A stretch of DNA of 27,213 nt, taken from an uncultured Christensenellaceae bacterium (lineage in GTDB: Bacteria > Bacillota > Clostridia > Christensenellales > Christensenellaceae). Shown here piece by piece: positions 8,061 through 18,595 of this stretch (positions are counted from its first letter, which is position 1; every line of letters starts with the position of its first letter). Below the pieces are notes generated by a model, which saw nothing but the letters and a program-made list of their open reading frames with translations, did not search any database and was not told the origin of the DNA. Where the stretch lies: the NCBI GenBank assembly GCA_964370275.1, contig CAYJIQ010000002.1, positions 1-27,213 of the forward strand, written 5' to 3'. Position numbers and translations under genes: made by a program.

Positions 8061-8678
8061 ATGATTAGCATTTTAAACCATCGCATAAGACAATTGCGCC
8101 AAAAGGCAGGGATGACACTAGCCGAACTTGCGACAAAGCTAAACGTCAAAGAAGCCACCGCTCAAAGGTATGAGAGCGGAGAGATAAAAAACATAAAACT
8201 GGATACCATAAAAAAAATAGCGGATATATTTGAATGTTCACCGGCTTACCTAATCGGCTGGGAAGACAGCGTAATTTCAACAGCTCCCGCTTCATCACTC
8301 TTGCCCGTTACAGGGAGCGTAAAGGCAGGTTGGAACAGCATTCCGGTCGCCGAGCTTGTCGGATACGAGCCCGCATACGGACTTACTTCGCCCGAGGATT
8401 ACACATGGCTCGAGATAAAAGGCGACAGCATGGAACCTCTTATCTGCGATGGCGATTTGGCGCTCATAAAACTGCAAAGCTTTGCAAGTAACTCAGACAT
8501 CGTAGTCGCCATAATAGACGAAGACGAGGGAACATTAAAGAAATTCAGACAGGACGAGCATGGAATAATGCTCTCTCCGCTAAACAACTTTTACGAGACG
8601 AGGTTCATCCCCGCAAGCGACGCGCATCGACTGATAATTTACGGCATCGCAGTCGAAATCAAGCGCAAACTGAGGTAG
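8061..8678 (+). CDS. CI-like repressor: XRE HTH plus S24 self-cleaving peptidase
   Basis: GGAGGT RBS; HTH (RIRQLR...GMTLAELA...TAQRYESG...SPAYLIGW); Ala-Gly site (GSVKAG), catalytic Ser (GDSM) and Lys (TLKK). Confidence 0.92.
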   Translation: MISILNHRIRQLRQKAGMTLAELATKLNVKEATAQRYESGEIKNIKLDTIKKIADIFECSPAYLIGWEDSVISTAPASSLLPVTGSVKAGWNSIPVAELVGYEPAYGLTSPEDYTWLEIKGDSMEPLICDGDLALIKLQSFASNSDIVVAIIDEDEGTLKKFRQDEHGIMLSPLNNFYETRFIPASDAHRLIIYGIAVEIKRKLR

Positions 8679-8680
8679 TT

Positions 8681-9148
8681 ATGGGAAAAAGAGTTAAAGA
8701 TTCATACACAGAGACAATCGAAATCTTACTAAGCAAGGACATGAACGGATACAACCGCCTTTTTGGCGGCAAACTCATGGAATGGGCAGACGTCACAGCA
8801 GCCGTCGTTGCAAGAAGACACTCGGGCAGAAATGTCACAACAGCCTGTGTCGACGACCTCCAGTTCCTTGCAGGCGCGTATATAAACGACACAATCGTCC
8901 TACAGGGGCGCATGACGTATGTAGGAAAAACCTCTATGGAAGTTCGCGTAGACACATTTGTCGAGGCGCTAAACGGAAATCGCACCCTAGTAAACACCGC
9001 ATACTTTGTCCTTATCGCACTTGACGAAAACGAACGCCCATGCCACGTACCTTCTCTCATTTTGGAGTCACCAAGTGAAGTCGCGGAGTTCGAATCGGGG
9101 CGTGCGCGCAGAGAACACAGAAAAAAAATTCGCCACAGCAAGTTCTAA
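8681..9148 (+). CDS. Acyl-CoA thioesterase (hotdog fold, YciA-like)
   Basis: DMNGYNRLFGGKLMEWAD, VTACVD, VGKTSMEV and FVLIALDENERP. Confidence 0.92.
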   Translation: MGKRVKDSYTETIEILLSKDMNGYNRLFGGKLMEWADVTAAVVARRHSGRNVTTACVDDLQFLAGAYINDTIVLQGRMTYVGKTSMEVRVDTFVEALNGNRTLVNTAYFVLIALDENERPCHVPSLILESPSEVAEFESGRARREHRKKIRHSKF

Positions 9149-9327
9149 ATCAAGCGGTTTTTTACTATATTTGTTAAAAAACGCGAATTTGACCGATTTC
9201 TGCCGATTTTCGTGAGCTACGTGTTTTTTTAGTCAATCAATAATCAATGTCAATTAAATCCCCTATTTTAAGGCATTTTTCAGCAAAATAATATAAAATA
9301 TTTTTTTATTATTTTTCGGGTAAGCCA

Positions 9328-9467
9328 TTGACATCCACGCCAAACTGTGATAAGGTATAAACAAGTCTATGTGAGTTGATAGACCTTGCAAGAAATTCAT
9401 TTTGGGGTAGTAGTGTAATTGCAGGTTTTTGTGTCACAGGATATTCTATGCAGGGGAGGTTCTTATA
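9328..9467 (+). promoter_or_regulatory. sigmaA promoter and ~105-nt 5' leader of the cold-shock gene
   Basis: TTGACA(9328)-N17-TAAGGT with TG; leader hairpin GTCTAT-N8-ATAGAC; GGGAGG RBS. Long leaders are typical of csp thermoregulation. Confidence 0.6.
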
Positions 9468-9677
9468 ATGAACAGAGGTACAGTCAAATGGTTCAATGCT
9501 GAGAAAGGCTTCGGCTTCATAAGCAACGATGCCGGCGGCGATGATGTATTTGTACATTTCTCCGCTATTCAAGTTGATGGATTCAAAACACTTTCTGAGG
9601 GTCAGCCGGTTAGCTTTGACACTGAAGTGGATCCTAAAAACAACAAGTTAAGAGCAGCAAACGTTGTTCCTATCTAA
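9468..9677 (+). CDS. cspA: Cold-shock protein, CspA family
   Basis: [15 protein letters not shown] (RNP1), DVFVHFSAI (RNP2); 69 aa. Confidence 0.96.
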   Translation: MNRGTVKWFNAEKGFGFISNDAGGDDVFVHFSAIQVDGFKTLSEGQPVSFDTEVDPKNNKLRAANVVPI

Positions 9678-9748
9678 CAAACGAAATCGACTTTGTCGTA
9701 TAACGTATATTCACGGATAGACAATGATCGTAACCGAATAATATCGGA

Positions 9749-9789
9749 AAAAGACGACACGCAGTATCAGTTACTGCGTGTCGTCTTTT
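9749..9789. terminator. Bidirectional intrinsic terminator between csp and gltX
   Basis: AAAAGACGACACGCAGTA-TCAGT-TACTGCGTGTCGTCTTTT, an 18-bp perfect stem with A/T tracts. Confidence 0.88.
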
Positions 9790-9799
9790 ATATCTCGTT

Positions 9800-11233
9800 T
9801 TATTTTAACTTGTCTATTCCCTTGTCCATCCTGCGCAGGCTTTCCTCTTTGCCCAGAAGAACCGCTATTTCATATGCACCGCCGGGAGTCACCGCAACAC
9901 CTGCAATAGCTATTCGCACAGGCCACAGCACTTGGCCGGTTTTTACACCCATTTCTTCTACCATCCCCATAAGCACAGACTTTATGCTTTGCTCGTCCCA
10001 CGTCTGTAACCCTTCGAGCACTTCTTTTGCTTTTTCGAGCACAGGCAGGCAATTTTCGGGGTTTGTCTTCATCTTTTTATGCGTATACAGTTCTATGTCG
10101 TAGCCTTCGTCAAACTCCGCTAAGAAGCGAACCTTCTCGGGAATTTGCGTTAAAACTTCAAGCCTTGGCTGGATTAGCGGCAGGAGGTATTCGTAATCAA
10201 ATTTCCCGTGCAACACTTCGTCCAGATGCGGGCGGGCGATGGCTAAAAACTCCTGTGCAGGCAATGCGCGAATATATTCTGCGTTCATCCATGTCAGTTT
10301 GTCCACGTCAAAAATTGCCGGCGACTTGCTTATCCCCTCTAAGCTGAAAACCTCTGCAAGCTCCTCGAGCGAGAAAATCTCCCTCTCTCCTGCGGGCGAC
10401 CAGCCGAGCAGTGCGATGTAGTTTATTATCGCCTCCTTAAGATACCCTTTTGCAATAAAATCCTCGTACGAGGCATCTCCGTGCCTCTTAGAGAGCTTGC
10501 GTTGCTTGTCCTTCATAACAGGTGAAAGGTGAATATATATCGGACGTTCCCAGCCGTACGAATCGTAAATCAGGTTGTATTTCGGAGTTGAAGAGAGATA
10601 TTCACTCCCCCTTATTACATGGGTAATTCCCATAAGATGGTCGTCTATTACGTTTGCCAAGTTGTAAGTCGGCATTCCGTCCGACTTTAGCAAAATTCCA
10701 TCTTCCATATCTGCGCAGGGCACGCTAATTTTGCCGAAAACGAGGTCGTCGTACGAACTTTCTCCCTCAAGCGGGATGTTTTGGCGAATTACACATTCCA
10801 CTCCCGCATCAAGCTTGCTCTGTACCTCCTCTTTTGAAAGGCTAAGGCAGTGTTTGTCGTATTTATAATTGTCTCCACACTGTTCACGCAGATTATCCAG
10901 CCTGTCTTTGTCGCAAAAACAATAATAAGCGCCGCCCGTCTCCACGAGCTTTTTTGCATACTCTGAGTAAATGTCTCTGCGTTCACTTTGCACATACGGG
11001 CCGAAATCTCCCCCTGCATCCGGACCTTCGTCGTAAAACAAACCCGCCTGTTTCATCGTGCGGGTAATAACTTCAAATGCACCTTCGACAAGCCTATTTT
11101 GATCCGTATCTTCAATGCGCAACACAAACTTTCCGTCGTTATTTTTTGCAAAAAGATATCCGTAAAGCGCAGTGCGCAGACCTCCTATGTGTAAGTATCC
11201 CGTAGGACTTGGTGCAAATCTAGTTTTAACCAT
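9800..11233 (-). CDS. gltX: Glutamate--tRNA ligase
   Basis: TRFAPSPTGYLHIGG, LRIEDTD, YCFC and KLSKR. Confidence 0.97.
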   Translation of the reverse strand: MVKTRFAPSPTGYLHIGGLRTALYGYLFAKNNDGKFVLRIEDTDQNRLVEGAFEVITRTMKQAGLFYDEGPDAGGDFGPYVQSERRDIYSEYAKKLVETGGAYYCFCDKDRLDNLREQCGDNYKYDKHCLSLSKEEVQSKLDAGVECVIRQNIPLEGESSYDDLVFGKISVPCADMEDGILLKSDGMPTYNLANVIDDHLMGITHVIRGSEYLSSTPKYNLIYDSYGWERPIYIHLSPVMKDKQRKLSKRHGDASYEDFIAKGYLKEAIINYIALLGWSPAGEREIFSLEELAEVFSLEGISKSPAIFDVDKLTWMNAEYIRALPAQEFLAIARPHLDEVLHGKFDYEYLLPLIQPRLEVLTQIPEKVRFLAEFDEGYDIELYTHKKMKTNPENCLPVLEKAKEVLEGLQTWDEQSIKSVLMGMVEEMGVKTGQVLWPVRIAIAGVAVTPGGAYEIAVLLGKEESLRRMDKGIDKLK

Positions 11234-11248
11234 ATGTTTTTTCTCCTG

Positions 11249-11908
11249 TTAAATTTTCCAATCGATTGCGCGACCTTGCAAAAATTCATTCGCCATCGAA
11301 AAATGCCTGCAACCGAAAAATCCATTATATGCCGACAGCGGGCTCGGATGTGCCGCCTTCAAAATTAGGTGTTGTTTTCCCGTTATAAGCGGCGCCTTAG
11401 ATTTTGCATTTGCTCCCCAGAGCAAAAACACAATCCCTTCCTGCCTCTCGTTTAATAGTTCAATAACTCTGTCCGTTAGCGTTTCCCAGCCTTTGCCTCG
11501 GTGCGAACCTGCGCAACCTTCCCTTACAGTAAGCACAGTGTTTAGCAAAAACACGCCTTGCTCTGCCCATGACTGCAAAAACCCGAGTGTTTTGTTGCAC
11601 TGTATCCCCATGTCCGCTTCGATTTCTTTGTAGATATTTAGCAGCGACGGCGGAGGCTTTATCCCCGGTTTTACCGAAAAGCAAAGTCCGTGAGCCTGAG
11701 CCGGTGCATGATATGGGTCTTGCCCTAATATAACAACTTTTACATCTTTGTACTCTGTTATTCTAAACGCCGCGAAAATATCGTTCATCGGCGGGTAAAC
11801 GGTGCGAGTTGAATACTCGCTCTTTAAAAATGTTCGGAGTGCGACGTAGTATGGCTTCTCAAATTCTTCGGCTAAAACGCCGTCCCAATCCGTATTAAAT
11901 TTTAACAA
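11249..11908 (-). CDS. ung: Uracil-DNA glycosylase (family 1)
   Basis: [21 protein letters not shown] and HPSPLS. Confidence 0.97.
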   Translation of the reverse strand: MLKFNTDWDGVLAEEFEKPYYVALRTFLKSEYSTRTVYPPMNDIFAAFRITEYKDVKVVILGQDPYHAPAQAHGLCFSVKPGIKPPPSLLNIYKEIEADMGIQCNKTLGFLQSWAEQGVFLLNTVLTVREGCAGSHRGKGWETLTDRVIELLNERQEGIVFLLWGANAKSKAPLITGKQHLILKAAHPSPLSAYNGFFGCRHFSMANEFLQGRAIDWKI

Positions 11909-11926
11909 ATAATAATTCCTTTAATT

Positions 11927-12742
11927 TTAAAACTCACTTTGAGGTTCAAATCCCTCGAAAATGAAGAGGTCGAAATTTTTGTCGCCCAGGAGTTCATTAT
12001 CCCTGACCGTCCATGCAACACAGTATGCACGCCAAAGTTTTCTTACTATCTTAAATGCCAATATGTTTTTGTGTTCGATGTTATAGGCGATAAAGTTCGG
12101 CCTGGAGATAACATTTAACAACATATACTGAGCGATAAACTGAGCACTGATAGGAACATTTTGTTCCCTGTCCCTCCTGCCCGAAAGTTGCCCCCTAACG
12201 ACATGCGGCGCATTCTTCCTAAACCAGCGCACGATGTTTGGGTGAAACGATTCTATGCAGTAGTCACCCTTGTAGTTTTTTAGTATTTCGTATGCCTTTT
12301 CGCATAGCTTTTCGTTGTCATTGCTCGCCTTTAGCTCGATGATAAGCGGCGTCTTTGCATCCACAATCGCAAGCACCTGTTCAAGCGTCGGAACCGTGTC
12401 CGCATGGGAACCTAGGTTTAGTTCTTGGAGTTCTGCACATGTGTATTCGCAAACTTCCTCATCTATTCCGCACATGCGGTGCAGATCGTCGTCGTGAAAC
12501 ACCATTACGACCTCGTCCTTTGAAAGCCGCAAATCCATCTCTATTCCGTAGCCATTTGCACAGGCAAGTTCAAAACCGCGAAGGCAGTTTTCAGGAATAT
12601 CTTTGCTGTGCAAGCCACGGTGAGCGTAGTGATACCCTTCAAATTTATCCTTTTGTTTCATCTTCGCGGGTCTCGTCCAGAGCACAAATGTTAAAAGTGC
12701 CAAGACGCACACACCCGCAAAAATCGCTAATATCATACCCAT
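11927..12742 (-). CDS. Glycerophosphodiester phosphodiesterase family protein with N-terminal membrane anchor
   Basis: AHRG, PEN, EMDLRLSKD...FHD, IELK and WTV motifs. Confidence 0.9.
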   Translation of the reverse strand: MGMILAIFAGVCVLALLTFVLWTRPAKMKQKDKFEGYHYAHRGLHSKDIPENCLRGFELACANGYGIEMDLRLSKDEVVMVFHDDDLHRMCGIDEEVCEYTCAELQELNLGSHADTVPTLEQVLAIVDAKTPLIIELKASNDNEKLCEKAYEILKNYKGDYCIESFHPNIVRWFRKNAPHVVRGQLSGRRDREQNVPISAQFIAQYMLLNVISRPNFIAYNIEHKNILAFKIVRKLWRAYCVAWTVRDNELLGDKNFDLFIFEGFEPQSEF

Positions 12743-12760
12743 TCGAGTTCTCCTGCATCC

Positions 12761-15418
12761 TTATTGTCCGCAACACTGCTTATATTTCTTTCCACTTCCG
12801 CACGGACAGGGTGCATTTCGGCTAATTTTCTTGTCCGCTTTTCTCGGTGTAGAAGGCTCGTTTACGTCGGCTGTCGAGGGTTTTGCTACCTCTTTTCGCT
12901 CAACTTTTTTTGTGACTGTCAGATGAAATAGCATCTTTAGCGTGTCCGTTCGCACGTTATCTACCATCTCCTCAAACATGTCAAAGCCTTCTTTTCTGTA
13001 CGCAAGGATGGGGTCTGTGTTTCCGTATGCACGCAGTCCGATTCCCTGACGCAGCTGATCCATACTGTCTATGTGGTTCATCCACTTCTCGTCAACATTG
13101 CGCAAAAGAAGAACTCTTTCCGCCTCCGCCATCGAGACTCCCGCCTCTGTCATCTGTTCACACTTGTTTTCGTAATGCTTGCGAGCGAGCATTTTTACCC
13201 GGTCTGTAGCTTCTTTAGCAGTAAGCGTGGTTATATCCGTATCTTCAAAAATATGCGCTTCCGGGGGGAGGAAAATTTCGCGCAGTTGGCGTTCAAACGC
13301 TTCTATGTCCCACTCCTCGGGATACTGTGAGGACGGGCAGTATACGTCGCACTCATCACTCACGATTGAATCAAGCATATCGACAATCGAGTCGTGAACA
13401 TCCGCACCTTCAAGGACACTTCTTCTTTGCGAATAAATAATCTCACGCTGCGAGTTCATAACGTCGTCGTACTTAAGAACGTTGCTTCTCATGTCGAAGT
13501 TGCGCTGTTCTATCCTCATCTGCGCTTTTTCGATCTGCTTTGTCATGATCCCGTACTCAATCGGGATGTCCTCTCCCCCCGAAAGTTTGTCTAGAATACC
13601 CTTAATGCGCTCTCCGCCAAAAAGTCTCATAAGGTCGTCTTCGAGTGCGACATAAAACCTCGATGCGCCCGGGTCTCCCTGTCTACCCGCACGACCTCTA
13701 AGCTGGTTGTCTATGCGCCTTGATTCATGGCGCTCGGTACCGATGATGTATAGACCTCCCGCCGCAACAACCTTGTCGTGTTCGACATCCGTTTCCTTTT
13801 TAAAGTTTGCGTAAAGCTCGTTATATGTCCTTCTTGCATTGAGCACTTCCTCGTCGGTAGTCTCTGCATGAGAGGTAGCCTCGACAATCATCTCCTCTTC
13901 AAACCCACTGTTGCGCATTTTTGTGCGCGAGAGGAAGTCCGGGTTTCCTCCGAGCAGGATGTCCGTTCCTCTACCTGCCATGTTTGTGGCAATCGTAACT
14001 TGACCGAACTTACCCGCCTGTGCGACGATGAGAGCTTCCTTTTCGTGGTACTTTGCGTTTAACACCTCGTGTTTGACGCCTCTCTTTTTTAGCATAGCGC
14101 TTAAAACTTCGGATTTCTCGACTGAAACCGTACCCACAAGAATCGGCTGTCCCGACTGCGCAACCTTCTCAATCTCCTCGACAACCGCAGCAAATTTGCC
14201 TTTGATTGTCGGGTATACGATGTCGTTTAAGTCCTTTCTGACGTTCGGTCTGTTTGTGGGAATCTGTACGACATTTAGGCCGTAAATTCCGCTAAACTCG
14301 TTTTCCTCCGTCTTTGCCGTACCCGTCATACCCGAAAGTTTTTTATACATTCTAAATAGGTTTTGGAATGTTATTGTCGCAAGCGTCTTGCTCTCCCTTG
14401 CGATTTTTACGCCTTCTTTTGCCTCGATCGCTTGGTGAAGCCCTTCGCTATATCTTCTTCCCGTCATAAGTCTGCCGGTAAATTCGTCGACGATTACAAC
14501 CTCATCGTTTTGCACCACATAGTCGATGTCTCGCTTCATGATGGTGTTTGCCTTTAGAGCCTGCAGGATATGGTGGTTAAGCTCTGTGTTTTCGATGTCA
14601 CTTAAATTTTCCACGCCGAAGTGTCTCTCTGCCTTTGTGTTCCCCTCTTCGGTGAGGTTTACCGTGCGAAGTTTTTCGTCTAGGACGTAGTGTTCCTCGT
14701 CCTTTAGCGTGAGCGCAAACGAATTTGCAAGCGCATATAGTTCTGTGCTCTTATCTCCTTGCCCCGAAATGATAAGAGGCGTTCTCGCTTCGGCTACTAA
14801 AATAGAGTCAACTTCGTCGATGATTGCATAGTTTAGCGAACCTTGAACCATGCGCTCTTTGTATATCGCCATGTTATCACGCAGGTAGTCAAATCCCAGC
14901 TCGTTGTTCGTGGCGTAGATGATATCGGCTGCGTAGCTTTGCTTTTTTTGTTCAGGGCTCATATCCTTTGCGATAAGGCCGACACTGTATCCCAAGAACT
15001 TATATAGTTTGCCCATCCATTCGCTGTCGCGCTTTGCAAGATATTCGTTTACCGTTACGATATGAACACTTCCCGCAAGCGCGTTTAAGCAGGCGGGCAA
15101 TGTTGCGACAAGTGTTTTACCTTCGCCCGTCTTCATCTCGGAGATGCAACCTTGGTGTAGGATTATTCCACCGATAATCTGGACGTTAAAGTGCTCCATT
15201 TCGAGCACACGCCAAGACGCTTCTCTGACCTGCGCAAAAACCTCGGGCAAAAGGTCGTCGAGGCTTTCCCCGCTTTGCACCCTGCTTCTAAATCCCTCTG
15301 TTGCGCTTTTGAGTTCGGCGTCGCTCATGCCTTTGAATTTCGGCTTTAGAGCTTCCACCTTTGCGGCGATCTTTCTCGCCTGTTTTAGTAATTTATCTTC
15401 ACCGCCAAATAGTCCCAT
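12761..15418 (-). CDS. secA: Preprotein translocase ATPase SecA
   Basis: [39 protein letters not shown] and C-terminal SEC-C motif ([14 protein letters not shown]); start placed at MGLFGG behind an AAAGGA RBS. Confidence 0.97.
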   Translation of the reverse strand: MGLFGGEDKLLKQARKIAAKVEALKPKFKGMSDAELKSATEGFRSRVQSGESLDDLLPEVFAQVREASWRVLEMEHFNVQIIGGIILHQGCISEMKTGEGKTLVATLPACLNALAGSVHIVTVNEYLAKRDSEWMGKLYKFLGYSVGLIAKDMSPEQKKQSYAADIIYATNNELGFDYLRDNMAIYKERMVQGSLNYAIIDEVDSILVAEARTPLIISGQGDKSTELYALANSFALTLKDEEHYVLDEKLRTVNLTEEGNTKAERHFGVENLSDIENTELNHHILQALKANTIMKRDIDYVVQNDEVVIVDEFTGRLMTGRRYSEGLHQAIEAKEGVKIARESKTLATITFQNLFRMYKKLSGMTGTAKTEENEFSGIYGLNVVQIPTNRPNVRKDLNDIVYPTIKGKFAAVVEEIEKVAQSGQPILVGTVSVEKSEVLSAMLKKRGVKHEVLNAKYHEKEALIVAQAGKFGQVTIATNMAGRGTDILLGGNPDFLSRTKMRNSGFEEEMIVEATSHAETTDEEVLNARRTYNELYANFKKETDVEHDKVVAAGGLYIIGTERHESRRIDNQLRGRAGRQGDPGASRFYVALEDDLMRLFGGERIKGILDKLSGGEDIPIEYGIMTKQIEKAQMRIEQRNFDMRSNVLKYDDVMNSQREIIYSQRRSVLEGADVHDSIVDMLDSIVSDECDVYCPSSQYPEEWDIEAFERQLREIFLPPEAHIFEDTDITTLTAKEATDRVKMLARKHYENKCEQMTEAGVSMAEAERVLLLRNVDEKWMNHIDSMDQLRQGIGLRAYGNTDPILAYRKEGFDMFEEMVDNVRTDTLKMLFHLTVTKKVERKEVAKPSTADVNEPSTPRKADKKISRNAPCPCGSGKKYKQCCGQ

Positions 15419-15481
15419 TTCACAGTTCCTTTCGTTGTGGCTTTTCGCTTGGTACACCGCTTTGCCTTTTTAGAGCACTCA

Positions 15482-18400
15482 TTAGAGTTTTTTTGTTCCA
15501 AGCGTAACCGAAGTTCCGTTTATGTCCCACTCTTTAGTGAAACCCTGAGCCGATCCGACTTCAAATTTGTCCGCCAAAACCTCTGCGCAGATTTCATCGC
15601 TGTGTTTTGAAACGATGTCTGCAACTTTGTTTCCCGGCTCTACCCAAAGAGCGATGTGGTCTGTAACCTCAAAGCCGGCTTCTTTTCTCATCGTCTGTAT
15701 CTTTGAGGTAACCTCGCGAACAAAGCCCTCTTCGATAAGCTCCTCGGTGAGTTCCGTGTCTATGATAACGGCAACGTCTACATCGCTTTGAACAGCGTAT
15801 CCTTCCTTTTGGGAAAGCTCTACAAGAACGTCCGCCTCTGTAAGCTCAACACTTTCGCCGTTCACTTCAAACTTATACGTTCCGCCGTCTTTAACGTCGG
15901 CAACGATCTTTGCGCCGTCCGCCGAGGAAAGGTGTGCCTTTATTCCTCCGAGGAGTTTTCCGTATTTCGGACCGACCGTTCTTAGCTGTGGCTTGATTTC
16001 GTATTTAATGTACTCCTGTGCCGCCGCTCCGAGGGTCACTTCCTTGACATTTAGCTCCGCCTTTATGATGTCGGTGTAGCGTGCGTCAAGCTCCGCAACT
16101 CCCGCAACATATAGCCTTCCCAAAGGTTGGCGATTTTTTATGTTTGATGCATTTCTGCAAGCGCGTCCGAGAACGACGATTCTAAGAACGTTGTCCATTC
16201 CCTTTTCAAGTTCCGCATCGACTTTTGCGTCGTCGCAAACGGGGTACTGCGTTAGGTTGATGCTCACAGGCGCTGTTTTGTCTACACTGCAAACGATGTT
16301 TTGATATATACTCTCCGCAACAAACGGCGTAAACGGAGTGATAAGACGGCAAAATGTCTCGAGCACAGTGAACAGTGTCATGTATGCATCGGCTTTGTCG
16401 ACTGTCATATCGCTCGCCCAAAATCTTTCGCGGCAACGGCGGACATACCAGTTTGAAAGCTCATCGACAAAGGAAATTAGCACCTTTGTAGCCTCGTATA
16501 TTCTATATTCATTAAGGTTTGTTGTAACCTCTTTAATTGTCGTGTTTAGGCGGGACAAAATCCACCTGTCCATTACGCAAGGATCGCTTGAAAGCTCGTG
16601 TTTTGTCGGGTCAAATCCGTCAATCTCCGCATAAAGGATATAAAAAGCGTATGTGTTCCAAAGCGTTCCCATAAACTTTCTGCCCGATTCGGTAACAGCT
16701 TCTCCGTGGAATCTGTTGGGAAGCCAGGGTGACGAATTTGAGTAAAAATACCAGCGCACTGCGTCTGCACCCTGAACATCAAGAACATCCCAAGGATCAA
16801 CAACGTTTCCAATGTGCTTAGACATCTTCTTTCCGTCCTTGTCTTGAACGTGTCCGAGAACGATACAGTTTTTAAAGGGCGCTTTGTCAAAAATCAGCGT
16901 TCCGATTGCGATAAGCGTGTAGAACCAACCTCTCGTTTGGTCGATAGCCTCGCTTATAAAGTCTGCGGGGAAGCGCGACTCAAAGTTTTCTTTATTTTCA
17001 AAGGGGTAGTGCCACTGCGCAAAGGGCATAGAACCGCTGTCATACCAGCAGTCGATAACCTCGGGAACTCTCGTCATCTCGCAATCGCAGTCCGGGCACT
17101 TTATCTTAACTTCGTCGATAAACGGTTTGTGCAGCTCAACATCGTCGCAAGGAGTTGTCGCCATCGAGCGAAGCTCTTCTTTTGAACCGATGACATGAAT
17201 GTGGCCGTGTTCGCAAGTCCAAACGGGCAGGGGGGTTCCCCAATATCTTTCGCGCGAAATTCCCCAGTCGATAACATTTTCAAGGAAGTTACCCATTCTT
17301 CCGTCGCGAATGTGTTCGGGAAGCCAATTTACCGAATTGTTGTTTTTAAGCAAGTTGTCACGAAGTGAGCTCATCTTTATAAACCAAGTGCTTCTTGCGT
17401 AGTAGATAAGCGGTGTGTCGCAACGCCAGCAGAAGGGATAGCTGTGTTCAAACTTTGGTGCGGCAAAAAGAAGCCCCGCCGCATCGAGGTCTTTTCTGAT
17501 TATCGGGTCTGCATCCTTGACAAACTTTCCGTCCCAAGGAGTTCCCGTCATCTCGCCTTTTGCGTCGACAAGCTGGATGAAAGGAAGGTTGTTTTCGCGG
17601 CAAACCCTTGCGTCATCTTCACCGAACGCGGGTGCATTGTGAACGATACCCGTACCGTCAGAAGTCGTTACATAGTCGTCCGCAACTACGTAAAATGCCT
17701 TTTTGCCTTCAACAGCCGTTGCCGTGCACTCAAATAGCGCCTCGTATTCCTCGCCGACAAGCTCGCTTCCCGCAAAAGTCTTTAGGATTTTTACATCTTC
17801 GCCCAAAACTTTTTCAGCAAGTTCTGTGGCAAGCACAAATTTTTCGCCGTTAAGCTCTGCCATGCAGTATTCAAGCTTTGCGTTTACGCAAAGGCAGACG
17901 TTTGAAGGAAGAGTCCATGGAGTCGTCGTCCACGCGAGAAAGGAGTAATCTCCCGAAACGCTCTTGAAACGAACGGTCGCCGAACGCTCTTTTACGTCCT
18001 TATATCCCTGAGCAACCTCGTGCGAGGAAAGCGACGTTCCGCAACGGGGGCAGTAGGGCACAACTTTGTGACCTTTGTATAAAAGATCCTTTTTGTGAAT
18101 CTCTTTAAGCGACCACCAGATTGATTCGATATAGTCATCGTGATATGTAACATATGGGTCGTCCATATCTGCCCAAAAGCCGACACGTTCGCTCATGCGT
18201 TCCCATTCGCCTTTATACTTCCAAACGCTTTCCTTGCATTGTGCGATAAACGGTTCAACCCCGTAGCCTTCTATCTGTTCTTTGCCATCAAGCCCGAGCG
18301 CCTTTTCGACCTCGAGTTCAACGGGCAGTCCGTGCGTGTCCCATCCCGCTTTACGCAGGACATTTTTTCCCTGCATGCTGTGAAATCTCGGGAATAAATC

Positions 18401-18595
18401 TTTAACACACCTAGTCAAGATATGTCCGATGTGCGGTTTTCCGTTTGCCGTCGGCGGGCCGTCATAAAACGTCCACTTTTCGCCTTCGCTGTTTTTTTCC
18501 TGAACTTTATTAAATACATTTTCGCTCTTCCAAAGTTCTAAAACCTCGTCTTCGCGTGCCGTAAAATTCAAATCCGTAGATACTTTGTTATACAT
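15482..18595 (-). CDS. ileS: Isoleucine--tRNA ligase, type 2 (long form)
   Basis: FYDGPPTANGKPHIGH, GWDTHGLP, WTTTPWTLP, CWRCDTPLIYY and KMSK; 1037 aa with no C-terminal Zn finger. Confidence 0.97.
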   Translation of the reverse strand: MYNKVSTDLNFTAREDEVLELWKSENVFNKVQEKNSEGEKWTFYDGPPTANGKPHIGHILTRCVKDLFPRFHSMQGKNVLRKAGWDTHGLPVELEVEKALGLDGKEQIEGYGVEPFIAQCKESVWKYKGEWERMSERVGFWADMDDPYVTYHDDYIESIWWSLKEIHKKDLLYKGHKVVPYCPRCGTSLSSHEVAQGYKDVKERSATVRFKSVSGDYSFLAWTTTPWTLPSNVCLCVNAKLEYCMAELNGEKFVLATELAEKVLGEDVKILKTFAGSELVGEEYEALFECTATAVEGKKAFYVVADDYVTTSDGTGIVHNAPAFGEDDARVCRENNLPFIQLVDAKGEMTGTPWDGKFVKDADPIIRKDLDAAGLLFAAPKFEHSYPFCWRCDTPLIYYARSTWFIKMSSLRDNLLKNNNSVNWLPEHIRDGRMGNFLENVIDWGISRERYWGTPLPVWTCEHGHIHVIGSKEELRSMATTPCDDVELHKPFIDEVKIKCPDCDCEMTRVPEVIDCWYDSGSMPFAQWHYPFENKENFESRFPADFISEAIDQTRGWFYTLIAIGTLIFDKAPFKNCIVLGHVQDKDGKKMSKHIGNVVDPWDVLDVQGADAVRWYFYSNSSPWLPNRFHGEAVTESGRKFMGTLWNTYAFYILYAEIDGFDPTKHELSSDPCVMDRWILSRLNTTIKEVTTNLNEYRIYEATKVLISFVDELSNWYVRRCRERFWASDMTVDKADAYMTLFTVLETFCRLITPFTPFVAESIYQNIVCSVDKTAPVSINLTQYPVCDDAKVDAELEKGMDNVLRIVVLGRACRNASNIKNRQPLGRLYVAGVAELDARYTDIIKAELNVKEVTLGAAAQEYIKYEIKPQLRTVGPKYGKLLGGIKAHLSSADGAKIVADVKDGGTYKFEVNGESVELTEADVLVELSQKEGYAVQSDVDVAVIIDTELTEELIEEGFVREVTSKIQTMRKEAGFEVTDHIALWVEPGNKVADIVSKHSDEICAEVLADKFEVGSAQGFTKEWDINGTSVTLGTKKL

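Noticed and set aside
8061..8678. Calling the repressor lexA
   Set aside because: The N-terminus is an XRE-type HTH rather than the LexA winged helix, and the upstream boxes are not GAAC-N4-GTTC.
7129..8678. Intact prophage or integrative element
   Set aside because: No integrase, replication or structural genes and no att-like direct repeats seen; the flanks are ordinary host genes.
9233..9255. Four TCAAT repeats upstream of the csp promoter
   Set aside because: Very short, irregularly spaced and in AT-rich DNA; not distinguishable from chance.
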